From an uncultured Bdellovibrionales bacterium (GTDB lineage Bacteria; Patescibacteriota; Minisyncoccia; Moranbacterales; UBA2206): a stretch of DNA of 39,587 nucleotides. The translations under genes were made by a program, and so were the position numbers. How positions within the stretch are numbered: the first letter of the stretch is position 1; every line of letters starts with the position of its first letter. Location: positions 15,152 through 54,738 of the forward strand of contig CAZEYB010000001.1 of NCBI GenBank assembly GCA_964516165.1. The letters are read 5' to 3'. This document shows, in pieces, positions 26,346-35,126 of the stretch. A model generated the notes under the pieces. It made no database searches, had not been told where the DNA came from, and saw only the letters and a list, made by a program, of their open reading frames with translations.

Positions 26346-27953
26346 TTATTTCACTTTCAAGTCAAAAACTGAAAACTGGCGATATAACGCGCATTTTTCC
26401 AATACGTATTTTTTCGCGATATTATCCGGCAGTTCGCATCCATCGCTGGAATTTCTTAAATAAAACAGCCTGTCTCCGCTTGTCAAGCTAACCGCTTTGT
26501 TCAATTCGACCAATTCCAAACCTTTTTTACTGGCGACAAGCCTTAGAGATTTAAAGGCTTTAAATAAATATCCCGCTTGAGCGTCAACATAAGCTGTCTT
26601 ATCGCCGTCATTGTTTCGCTTAATGTAATCCGTTATAAAATCAACTTCCCCGAGAGTTATATATTCAAAATTGCCATTGATTTCTCTGCCGCCAAATTGC
26701 AAATCCTTGAAAACCAAGTAATCTTTTCGTAAGCAAAAAAATGATAATACTAAAATAATTATTGCAAGCAACCGCTGTTTTTTGAATTTTTCCGACAAAA
26801 ATTTTAGCCAAAAACCAAGCAGAAAAAACGGTACAAATTCCAAGATTAGAAAAAATCGCATCAATAATTCATTAGCCCAGAGCGTAAAAAATAAAAAAGT
26901 CAAAAACACGTATGAAAGTACGAGCGTGAGGAAAAACTTTTTATCCTTGTTTGTTTCTTTCCTTAATCCGCAAAACGCGATGCAATAGCCTCCTAGAGAA
27001 AATATTGTCGCAATAATCAAATATGATACAAATAAAATTTTATCCGCCAATGGTATTTTTTTGCTATCTAGCTTTACGACATCCCTAGCAATAGCATTAT
27101 AATCACATTCGTCTTTATCACTATAAGAAGTTAAGATTCCATAATTAGCCCTAATATGACAAGTTATATTAAGAGCGATATTATCAATAAAACTTGCGTT
27201 GCGGCTGCCCTTATTCGCGACTCCCTCAAAAAAAGCGTGTATATTTGATCCACCGGTTCTAATTTCAGTATTTATCTGAAAAATATTCACTAGCAACGCG
27301 CCTGTTAAGACAGCGATAGCGCAGGCGCTGGTTAGTGTTTTGTTTTTGTAAAGATAAAAAGCGAAAAGCAAAGCAGAAATAGGCAGAAGCACCAAAAGCG
27401 TGGTGTGGAGTTGCGCTCCGATTCCCAAGGCTATTCCGGCAAGCGCTCCCCACCAATTTTTTTTATTTTTCTCGGCGCCATTAATGCGATACACCGCGTA
27501 AATAAATAACATTACAAAAAACGGAGCAGAATTGGGATTCCACGCGAAGCGTGAATATTTTATGACGAAATAGGAAATGGCAAAAAGCCAAGCCAGCGTC
27601 AGCGAAATGGGTTTATTAAAATAAATTCTAGCCAATAAAAATAAAAGAGGGATTGATAATAAAGAAAAAAATAAATCTGGATACGCGACCGCGGGAAAAC
27701 TTGCGCCAAATATTCTGGCCGAGATAATTTGAAAATAATAAAAAGCCGGTCCGAGCCTGAATTCTGTTCCGCCAGCTTTCGGGCCAAGCGCTGGCCAGGT
27801 ATTTTCTTTAATCAAGCTTTCCACGAAACTTGTATCGCGCGCTTGATCCATATTAACCCGCAACCAGTCAGAGAAATTATAAGCGCGCAAAAAAACACCG
27901 ATCAAAACAATAACCAGCAGCAGCCAAATACTTTTAGGAATTTTTTTTAACAT
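26346..27953 (-). CDS. GT-C glycosyltransferase, ArnT/PMT_2-like, paralogue 3 of 6
   Basis: FLRAYNFSDWLRVNMDQARD, LGPAFYYF, AYPDLFFSLLSIPLLF, SRFAWNPN and GAQLHTTL. I chose the start at Met35 of the ORF-track entry (ATG at 27953). That start aligns MLKKIPKSIW with the MxxFKKIP(K/R)HI N-termini of paralogues 4 and 6 and removes the overlap with the upstream gene. Confidence 0.65.
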   Translation of the reverse strand: MLKKIPKSIWLLLVIVLIGVFLRAYNFSDWLRVNMDQARDTSFVESLIKENTWPALGPKAGGTEFRLGPAFYYFQIISARIFGASFPAVAYPDLFFSLLSIPLLFLLARIYFNKPISLTLAWLFAISYFVIKYSRFAWNPNSAPFFVMLFIYAVYRINGAEKNKKNWWGALAGIALGIGAQLHTTLLVLLPISALLFAFYLYKNKTLTSACAIAVLTGALLVNIFQINTEIRTGGSNIHAFFEGVANKGSRNASFIDNIALNITCHIRANYGILTSYSDKDECDYNAIARDVVKLDSKKIPLADKILFVSYLIIATIFSLGGYCIAFCGLRKETNKDKKFFLTLVLSYVFLTFLFFTLWANELLMRFFLILEFVPFFLLGFWLKFLSEKFKKQRLLAIIILVLSFFCLRKDYLVFKDLQFGGREINGNFEYITLGEVDFITDYIKRNNDGDKTAYVDAQAGYLFKAFKSLRLVASKKGLELVELNKAVSLTSGDRLFYLRNSSDGCELPDNIAKKYVLEKCALYRQFSVFDLKVK

Positions 27954-27966
27954 ATTAATATTTGAG

Positions 27967-29619
27967 TTATTTTTCAACCCGGCAGACATCAACCCGGCCA
28001 AAATTTTGGCACTCAATCGCCTTTTTATATTTTTCCGCGGACACTCCCTTTTCATGTATTCCGATAAAAAACACGGGTTTATCCGGCGGAATCAAATCCT
28101 CTTTCTTTCTTATCAACAAGCTAAAGCCTTGCTCCCTGGTGATATAATTCAGTGGTTTTGAAAAATTAATACACTTGCCGCTAGTCAATAGATAGGCCTC
28201 TTTTTGAGGAAAAGATTTTGAGACAATAAAATCAGCAATCGTTTCCGACTCCCCGAACACTATTTTTTCTTGGGGAGCATTTCTGGTTTTTGCGGAAAGC
28301 TCTTTGACGGCAGGATAAATTGAGGAAATATTAAGAAGAGAAAGAATTATGAAAATTAAACCAATTATCCAAAAATACTTCTTGGAATATTTTTCAATTA
28401 ACCACTCCGAAAATAGACCTAAAAAAATGAAAGGAATAAAAATAGTATGCGCGAAATATCGCAGAGCGGAACTTATCACGGGAAGAAGAGTTAGAAAAGA
28501 AAAGCCGGCATATAAGATAATCAATCCTAGAAAATATTTTCTGGATAATTCTCTTTCTTTTCGGAAACGAGAAATCAGCAAACCATAACCCAACACCGAA
28601 AAAATGATCGCCAAAATCATGCCTGAAATTATTATCGGATCTTTGATCTCTTTAAGATCATCCTTGATTTTACCACCCTTAATTAAACTTGAAATGAAAA
28701 AACTGCAATTTTCTTTATCACCCAAGGAAGAAGCGATATGCAAGTTAGCCTGAATATGACATTCCGCGTCTTGAGTAAAATTAATCATCAATTCCCTGCC
28801 GCTGCTTGAACTATCGCCGCTAATTGAAGATAGAAATGCTTTTGAATTGGCGAATCCCGTCTCCAATTCACTTATTATCTGACCCGAATTAAGTATAACC
28901 GCCGCCAGAAGAACTATTGTCCATTTTTTCCAAAAAATTCGCCTTTTTTTCAACAAATACAAAAAAACAAAAAAAATAACGGCTGGAAACAAGACAAACA
29001 ATATCGCATGCAATTGGATTCCAACCCCAAGCGCGATGCCTAAAGAGATAGCCCACAACCAAGAAATTTTTTCTTTGTCAACTAAAAATTTCCAAAGAGA
29101 CAATAAGAAAAGCAAGGCAAAAAATGGAATAATATTTGGATTCCAAGCCGAATGAGAAAATTTAAGAGAATAAAAAGAAATTGTATATAAACCTGTTAAC
29201 GCTAGCGACAAATTACGCTTAAAATATCGACTAGAAAAATAAAAGAGTAGCGGAATAGACAAAACTGAAAATAGCAAATCCGGATAAGCCAATGCGTAGG
29301 GCTTCATACCAAACATCTTCGCGCTTAATATTTGAAAATAATAATAAATTGGCCCTGTATGAAATCTATTCGCGCGACTATTTCCATCTTCTCCATTGCC
29401 AGATTTGCTCATATCAGGACCCAGAAGCGGCCAAGCGGTTTCACCTCTTATTACCGATCTAACCAAATCAGCGTCATGCACTTGATCATCGCCAAAATCA
29501 AGCCAATCATTCAAATGATAAGCGCGCAAAAAAGTTCCCAGTAGGATTATAGCCAAAAGAATCCCTATATGTCTTGGTATTTTTTTAAACTGTTCCTTAA
29601 AATTGTTAATCATAACCAA
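27967..29619 (-). CDS. GT-C glycosyltransferase, ArnT/PMT_2-like, paralogue 4 of 6 (motif-divergent)
   Basis: 550 aa. FLRAYHLNDWLDFGDDQVHD (Arg to His in the loop motif), a longer loop (DMSKSGNGEDGNSRANRFHTGPIYYYF), AYPDLLFSVLSIPLLF, SHSAWNPN and GIQLHAIL. It is most similar to paralogue 5. Confidence 0.65.
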   Translation of the reverse strand: MVMINNFKEQFKKIPRHIGILLAIILLGTFLRAYHLNDWLDFGDDQVHDADLVRSVIRGETAWPLLGPDMSKSGNGEDGNSRANRFHTGPIYYYFQILSAKMFGMKPYALAYPDLLFSVLSIPLLFYFSSRYFKRNLSLALTGLYTISFYSLKFSHSAWNPNIIPFFALLFLLSLWKFLVDKEKISWLWAISLGIALGVGIQLHAILFVLFPAVIFFVFLYLLKKRRIFWKKWTIVLLAAVILNSGQIISELETGFANSKAFLSSISGDSSSSGRELMINFTQDAECHIQANLHIASSLGDKENCSFFISSLIKGGKIKDDLKEIKDPIIISGMILAIIFSVLGYGLLISRFRKERELSRKYFLGLIILYAGFSFLTLLPVISSALRYFAHTIFIPFIFLGLFSEWLIEKYSKKYFWIIGLIFIILSLLNISSIYPAVKELSAKTRNAPQEKIVFGESETIADFIVSKSFPQKEAYLLTSGKCINFSKPLNYITREQGFSLLIRKKEDLIPPDKPVFFIGIHEKGVSAEKYKKAIECQNFGRVDVCRVEK

Positions 29620-29626
29620 TAACTTT

Positions 29627-31258
29627 TCAATTTTTAATTATGTAAACACCCAGCTGTCCAAAATCTTTGTAATTTCCCACATTATATTTCTTAAAATATC
29701 CGCCGGAATTGATATCCGAACTTTCTCCTAGCATAATGATTGGCTTGTCCGCTGGAACATCAGTAATCTTTTTTAATCTCGTTAAAGCAAAACCTTTCTC
29801 CCCTAAAACATACGTAAGCGGCTTGATGAAATTCTGCATATATTTTCCATCAGCCAAAAAATAAATTGATTCGCTTGAAATTTGAGAGGCGATATATTCT
29901 CCTATTTCTTCAATTTCTCCCAAAACCACATAACGTTCACTGCTTCTGTTTTTCAGAGCGTGAGCTTTTGCCTCATTCCCGATAGTAATCAGATTGGCAA
30001 CAGCTAACGAAGCAAAAACAGCCATAGTAACCGGCAAATATATTTTAGGAAACTTTTCCTTGATAAATTTAAAAAGAAATCCCAAAAACAAGAAAGGAAG
30101 GAATATTAAATGAATAAAATAGCGGATAGCCAAACTGTCCATAACCGGATGCATAATAATAAAAGAAAGAGCGGTATAGAGTATAAGCATACCCAAAAGA
30201 TATTTTTTTTCTCTGTCAGTTTCTTTTCTATAATAATAAACCAGCGCCCCATATCCGAAGAAAAAGAAAAAGATACTCAAAAAAATTCCGGAGAATATCA
30301 TGTAGTTAAAAAAATTAAATGGAATTCCATACGCATATTTATACTTAATCTTGTGCTTCACAATCGACAGAAAATTGAAATCCAATTTATTGCCCAATCC
30401 TGAAATAATATGCGCGTTGGACTGGGAATTGCTCAAAATGTCCAGTTTCAAATTAAACCCAAATTTTTTTTGTCCGTTTTCCGAGCTCTCCGTAAAAAGT
30501 TTCAAAAATAATTTCGAATTGGCGTAATTTTTATCCATCTCGCTGATTATCTGCGGAATATTCAGAATTACCGCCAGCGCGAAAATAACCACCCATCTTC
30601 TCCAAACCGAGCGATTCTTTAACATAAGAAAAACAAAAGCAAAAAATAGAACAGCCGGAAGCAATAGCAGGAGTAAAGTATGCAGCTGAACTCCCACGCC
30701 TAACGCGATTCCTATCATCACTACCCAAGGCCATTTAGTTTTATTTTCTTCAAGCAAAAATTTCCAAAGAGCAATGAGAAATAGTAACATAAAAAACGGT
30801 ATAGGATTGGGATTCCAAGCAAAACGAGAATATTCAATCGCATAAAACGATATCGCATAAAGCCCCGTAATGGCCAAGGATAAATTTTTTGTAAAATAGC
30901 GGCTGGAAAAATAATAGAGAAGCGGGATGGATAGAATAGAAAAAAATAAGTCCGGGTAGGCCATTGTCTCCGGCTGAACGCCAAAAATGTATCCGGAAAT
31001 AATTTGAAAATAATAATAAATCGGTCCGATTTTAAACTTAGTGCTAGCGGCAATCGCGCCCATTAATGGCCATTCTCTTTCTCCATCAAGCACTTCTTTA
31101 ACAATAGTCACATCTCGCGCTTGATCCGGATAAAAATAGAGCCATTCGCGAAAATTATAGGTACGCAAGAAAATTCCCGCAATAATTATAACTAAAAGAA
31201 TCCCGATATGAATTGGCATCTTTCTAATATTTTCTTTGATTATCTTTATATTTCTCAT
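29627..31258 (-). CDS. GT-C glycosyltransferase, ArnT/PMT_2-like, paralogue 5 of 6
   Basis: 543 aa. FLRTYNFREWLYFYPDQARD, IGPIYYYF, AYPDLFFSILSIPLLYYFSSRYF, SRFAWNPN and GVQLHTLL. There is a 4-nt overlap with the upstream YfhO-like gene. Confidence 0.65.
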   Translation of the reverse strand: MRNIKIIKENIRKMPIHIGILLVIIIAGIFLRTYNFREWLYFYPDQARDVTIVKEVLDGEREWPLMGAIAASTKFKIGPIYYYFQIISGYIFGVQPETMAYPDLFFSILSIPLLYYFSSRYFTKNLSLAITGLYAISFYAIEYSRFAWNPNPIPFFMLLFLIALWKFLLEENKTKWPWVVMIGIALGVGVQLHTLLLLLLPAVLFFAFVFLMLKNRSVWRRWVVIFALAVILNIPQIISEMDKNYANSKLFLKLFTESSENGQKKFGFNLKLDILSNSQSNAHIISGLGNKLDFNFLSIVKHKIKYKYAYGIPFNFFNYMIFSGIFLSIFFFFFGYGALVYYYRKETDREKKYLLGMLILYTALSFIIMHPVMDSLAIRYFIHLIFLPFLFLGFLFKFIKEKFPKIYLPVTMAVFASLAVANLITIGNEAKAHALKNRSSERYVVLGEIEEIGEYIASQISSESIYFLADGKYMQNFIKPLTYVLGEKGFALTRLKKITDVPADKPIIMLGESSDINSGGYFKKYNVGNYKDFGQLGVYIIKN

Positions 31259-33372
31259 ATTTTTAGTATGCGCGCGTAGAGAAGCTTCCTGGACAAAAAA
31301 TACGCGGTAATAATAACTGCAAATAGCACCAGGCTAAAAAATATTCCCCAAAAAAACGGCCGCGGATAATAATAAATTTCAACCAAATGATCGCCTTGCT
31401 TTAGAGAAAAATCAAAAAAAACACCATTCTTCATTATTTTAGCTTTTTGACCATCAATCTTGACTTTCCAGCAAGGACTATACTTCAGATAAGTATTTAT
31501 AATAGAATCGGACGGATTATTTATTCGCATAACCACATGGCCTTCTTTCTTTTCGACATAATAACCATCTAAATTATTTTTTATTAAATCCAGTTTATTA
31601 TTATTCAGAAAAGTTATTCCGCTGTGCTGTGAAACAGCCGCAATTCCGGCATTTCGCAAAGATCGAAGATCATTCGGCACTCCGACAAGAGAGGTTGTCG
31701 CCCCTCTTAAATTATAGCCTAATTTCCCATAATAATCGGTATAAGCGCTTTCCTTGAGCTGGCTAGTCCCAAAGGGACTCCAATTAGCATAATAAAGCGA
31801 TTCCATGCCTAATATATCCAAATTGCTTAATATAACTCTTTTATTTTCTAACTCTTTTGGAATGGATGCGGCTTCGTAATCAGATATGTCTTGCAATCTT
31901 AAACTTAAAACATCCTTACTGAAATATAAAAGATCGAAAAATATCACAGCAACAATAAGTAGTTTGATTGGCAATAAAATTTTAGAAAAAATATGCGGAG
32001 ATGTTTTTTTAACAATAAAGAGAATCAACAAAATACAAACCGAGCTCAATGCAATCACGCAGAGCATATGAAAATGAGGATAAGTTTGAATATAATGGCA
32101 GGAAGCATAAAAATTAAGCTTCCGAGCAATTTTTCCTTTATCCAAGCTAATCAACATCAATATGTAGGCCAAGGGAGCCGCTACAAATAAAAATCCCGTT
32201 TTTATATTTTTAAATGAGACTTCTTTGATTCTTTCAATGAACATTCCGGATAGAAAAGCAACTCCAAAAACAAAAAGAATGACCGTCCTCTCCCACTCTC
32301 GAAAATATGTAATAAGCGGCGTAGAAGAAGGAAAGATATGATTGCTTTCCATGAATCCAAACAACAAAAATATCCAGATAAATACAAATGCCACAATCAC
32401 TTCTCGTGATTTTTTAAGCGCCAATAAAGCTAAAAATGATAAGATTAGAGCGCTGATGCCACAGTAAAAATAAATTTCATTATATCTGAAATCAGCGCTG
32501 ATTTCTCGACCGATAAAATTATTGCTCTCTCCCAAAAGATAGGGCACGAAAGAAAAAATAGCCATGCGCGGATTAAGAGATCCTTTCAAATAGTCCGTGC
32601 CGCCCTCGCGGCTACTTTGGCTGAATAATTCATAAGTTGGCAGCATTTGTGGCAAGGTTTCAATTGTTACAAAAAAACCAAGAGCTACAAAGAAAAAAAT
32701 AAAAGTCAAAAAACGCGTTTTTTTGAAAGAAAATACAGCCATATAGGCGAATATGCCCATCAACAATATAGCGACCGACTGAATATGCCCCCACAAAACA
32801 GCATTAGCAATAATCAGAGACTCCATGATGACATAACGCCATTGCCTTTTTTCCAAAAATAAATCAGCAGAAAGCAGGCTGGTCGGCAATAAATACAGCG
32901 CCATAACCATGCCGTAATGTATCTGGTGATTGATAAAAAAAGTATTGAAATAAAATATAATATTAGCAACAGCATAGCCTAAAAATCCAACGCCTTTGCG
33001 TCTTAGTAAAAAATAAAGACTTAACGAGCCAACTAAGTATTCCAACAGATGCAACACCTTGTAAGATACTCGCGGTCCAAATAGCAATACGCTGGAAACG
33101 TTCAGTGGATTGAGATAGGCATTTTCCATGTCCGCGTAAATAGGAAAACCGGAATACATTTTTTCCGTCCAAAAAGGAAATGAATGCTCCTTGGTAATTC
33201 TATCGTAAAGATAAGTTCTTGCCGGCAAATGCCTTATTTGAGCGTCAGTCTCTTGACCCGTACTCCAAAAAAAGTGCGAGGGAGTTAAAAATTGGCCATA
33301 GAAAAAAAGATATGTCAAAAATGACAAAGCCACGGCGAATAAAAAACTTTTATGGCGACTTATTATTCCCAT
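31255..33372 (-). CDS. YfhO-like GT-C polytopic membrane protein
   Basis: 705 aa with many TM helices. The N-terminal loop TDAQIRHLPARTYLYDRITKEHSFPFWTEKMYSGFPIYADMENAYLNPLN matches the D..Q...P...l....g..P.W....G.P pattern I associate with the YfhO family. It ends in a C-terminal soluble domain plus a final TM. Confidence 0.5.
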   Translation of the reverse strand: MGIISRHKSFLFAVALSFLTYLFFYGQFLTPSHFFWSTGQETDAQIRHLPARTYLYDRITKEHSFPFWTEKMYSGFPIYADMENAYLNPLNVSSVLLFGPRVSYKVLHLLEYLVGSLSLYFLLRRKGVGFLGYAVANIIFYFNTFFINHQIHYGMVMALYLLPTSLLSADLFLEKRQWRYVIMESLIIANAVLWGHIQSVAILLMGIFAYMAVFSFKKTRFLTFIFFFVALGFFVTIETLPQMLPTYELFSQSSREGGTDYLKGSLNPRMAIFSFVPYLLGESNNFIGREISADFRYNEIYFYCGISALILSFLALLALKKSREVIVAFVFIWIFLLFGFMESNHIFPSSTPLITYFREWERTVILFVFGVAFLSGMFIERIKEVSFKNIKTGFLFVAAPLAYILMLISLDKGKIARKLNFYASCHYIQTYPHFHMLCVIALSSVCILLILFIVKKTSPHIFSKILLPIKLLIVAVIFFDLLYFSKDVLSLRLQDISDYEAASIPKELENKRVILSNLDILGMESLYYANWSPFGTSQLKESAYTDYYGKLGYNLRGATTSLVGVPNDLRSLRNAGIAAVSQHSGITFLNNNKLDLIKNNLDGYYVEKKEGHVVMRINNPSDSIINTYLKYSPCWKVKIDGQKAKIMKNGVFFDFSLKQGDHLVEIYYYPRPFFWGIFFSLVLFAVIITAYFLSRKLLYARILKI

Positions 33373-35000
33373 AAACTATAAATTATTATATTGCCAAATA
33401 TTTTATAATTCCCGACTTTTTTCCCGCCGATCGCGTCTATTCCCGCGTTTTCTCTGGAATCATTGTCAATTAACTTTACATAAAAAAGCGGGACATTCGA
33501 ATCAATCTCATTTTTACTTTTTTCATTTAACCTGGCAATTTTCACGCCGGATTCGCTCATAAGATATCCTAAAGCGCCGGAGAAACGATGAAGACTGGCT
33601 CTGTCTCCGTCTAAATATACCTTATTGGAACCGCGAGAATTTTCAAGTATATAATTCGCGGCGGGAATAATCTCTCCCAAGATGCTAATTTCACTATTGC
33701 TGGCTTGACCGGAAGCATATTCGCGGGCATCCCTGCCGAGAGAATAAAAATTGAAACATAATAAAGCTACCGCCAATAAAACAAAGATTATTTTTTTTAT
33801 TTCCGCTTTCCAGTTTGTGTTATTTATCAAATTTATCCAAAGACCGAGAAACACAAATGACACAAAAAATATAAAATTAAAATAATGCACTTCCGCTTGA
33901 GACACTACTGATACGAATAAGCCTAAAAAAACCAAATTAAAAAACATAAGCAACGCCAAGAACCTTTTTTTATGTAGCTCCAATTTTTTATCAAAAAAAT
34001 TAGAAAACCACAACCAATACCCGCCCAGTGCGAATAAAATGCCCGCCAATATTTTTACGATAAACCACAGGGAACTTATTTTCTGATAATTGATAATTTT
34101 TTTTTCTAAATTAAGTCCGCGAGCGCAGTATTTCGTATCGCTAAGCGAAAAGATTTGATTAATGCTCGACCTCGCTTGACAAAGTGTGGTTAAAAAAACA
34201 TTTTCAGCCAGATTTTCATTTAAACCGGCGGATTCGGAACTTGCCCCTTTTAAAAAATGCTTAAAATTAGATCCGCCCGCCCTTACTTCATAAATTAACT
34301 GACCAAAATTCATAAGTAAGAAAAACGATATTACCAAAAGAAAATTTTTCCAAGCAAGGTTTTTATTTTTAATCAGATATATACATGCCGCGACAGCCAC
34401 GACAGGCATCGCTAAAAATGACAGAGCGTGCAGTTGTATTCCAATACCCAAGCTAATTCCCACAATTATTGCCCAAATATATCTTTGTTTATTTTTTTCC
34501 TCCATCATCTCCAGGAGTCCATAAAGAAATATAATTATAAAGAAAGAGAGTAAATTGGAATTCACCGCGAACCTCGCGGTATAAATTGAAAAATAAGCGA
34601 TAGAAAACAAGGCGCTCAAAGAAAGAGAAATGCCCGAAGAAAAATATTTTTTTAGCAAAAAAAATAGAGCCGGAATTGTTAAGATGGAAAACAGTAAATC
34701 AGGATAGGCCAGTTTATCCGGCGAACCGCCAAAAATTAGAGCGGATAAGTATCCCAGCTGATAATAAATAGGACCGAGATAAAACTGAGTGTTTCCCGCT
34801 TGCGCGCCCAGCAAAATCGGCCCGCTTTTTCCCTCAATCGCATCACTAATTATCGTAGCATCCCTAGCCTGATCCGGACCAAATAAAAGCCAATCATGAA
34901 AATGATAAGCGCGCAAAAAAATACCCGCCAACATTATAGCCAAAAGAATCCAAATATGTTTGGGTATTTTTTTAAATTTAGCCCTAAAATGCTCGAACAT
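33363..35000 (-). CDS. GT-C glycosyltransferase, ArnT/PMT_2-like, paralogue 6 of 6
   Basis: 545 aa. FLRAYHFHDWLLFGPDQARD, LGPIYYQL, AYPDLLFSILTIPALF, ARFAVNSN, GIQLHALS and a C-terminal domain ending YKIFGNIIIYSL. It is the first gene of the minus-strand array. Confidence 0.65.
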   Translation of the reverse strand: MFEHFRAKFKKIPKHIWILLAIMLAGIFLRAYHFHDWLLFGPDQARDATIISDAIEGKSGPILLGAQAGNTQFYLGPIYYQLGYLSALIFGGSPDKLAYPDLLFSILTIPALFFLLKKYFSSGISLSLSALFSIAYFSIYTARFAVNSNLLSFFIIIFLYGLLEMMEEKNKQRYIWAIIVGISLGIGIQLHALSFLAMPVVAVAACIYLIKNKNLAWKNFLLVISFFLLMNFGQLIYEVRAGGSNFKHFLKGASSESAGLNENLAENVFLTTLCQARSSINQIFSLSDTKYCARGLNLEKKIINYQKISSLWFIVKILAGILFALGGYWLWFSNFFDKKLELHKKRFLALLMFFNLVFLGLFVSVVSQAEVHYFNFIFFVSFVFLGLWINLINNTNWKAEIKKIIFVLLAVALLCFNFYSLGRDAREYASGQASNSEISILGEIIPAANYILENSRGSNKVYLDGDRASLHRFSGALGYLMSESGVKIARLNEKSKNEIDSNVPLFYVKLIDNDSRENAGIDAIGGKKVGNYKIFGNIIIYSLWE

Positions 35001-35017
35001 AAACCTTTAATAAAAAA

Positions 35018-35046
35018 ATTGTATCATACTACGCCGAAAATAGTAA
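35018..35046 (-). promoter_or_regulatory. Candidate promoter for the GT-C array (TTACTA-17-TGaTACAAT, extended -10)
   Basis: On the minus strand, TTACTA lies at 35046-35041, followed by a 17-nt spacer ending in TGA, then TACAAT at 35023-35018. AAAGG sits 4-5 nt upstream of the ATG at 35000. Confidence 0.35.
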
Positions 35047-35057
35047 TACCCTTTAAT

Positions 35058-35085
35058 TTGACACCCGCTGTCCACATTATATACT
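35058..35085 (+). promoter_or_regulatory. Candidate promoter for the plus-strand Gtr-like module (TTGACA-16-TATACT)
   Basis: TTGACA at 35058-35063 and TATACT at 35080-35085 with a 16-nt spacer, ~40 nt upstream of the ATG at 35127. Confidence 0.35.
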
Positions 35086-35126
35086 TTAAAGTGTTAATTA
35101 ATAAGAAATAAATAATTAAAAAGGCT

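Larger units (their letters stand above)
22264..35000 (-). other. Co-directional tandem array of six paralogous GT-C genes plus YfhO-like and Zincin_1 genes
   Basis: Eight consecutive minus-strand genes separated by -26 to +51 nt. Six share the same motif series along their full length. Confidence 0.7.

Noticed and set aside
27954-28055. 34-codon N-terminal extension of the ORF 26346..28055 (MKRECPRKNIKRRLSAK...)
   Set aside because: It overlaps the 3' end of the upstream paralogue (27967..29619) by 89 nt. The internal Met at 27953 gives an N-terminus (MLKKIPKSIW) that aligns with the other paralogues, so the shorter CDS was annotated.
34097-34105. Homopolymer tracts as phase-variation switches: T9 at 34097-34105 (A9 in paralogue 6 mRNA) and T8 at 27941-27948 just after the paralogue 3 start
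   Set aside because: A/T runs of 7-9 nt encoding Lys/Phe are common throughout this AT-rich, Lys-rich window. Without population or read-level length variation there is no evidence of slippage. It is worth a look only if metagenomic reads are available.
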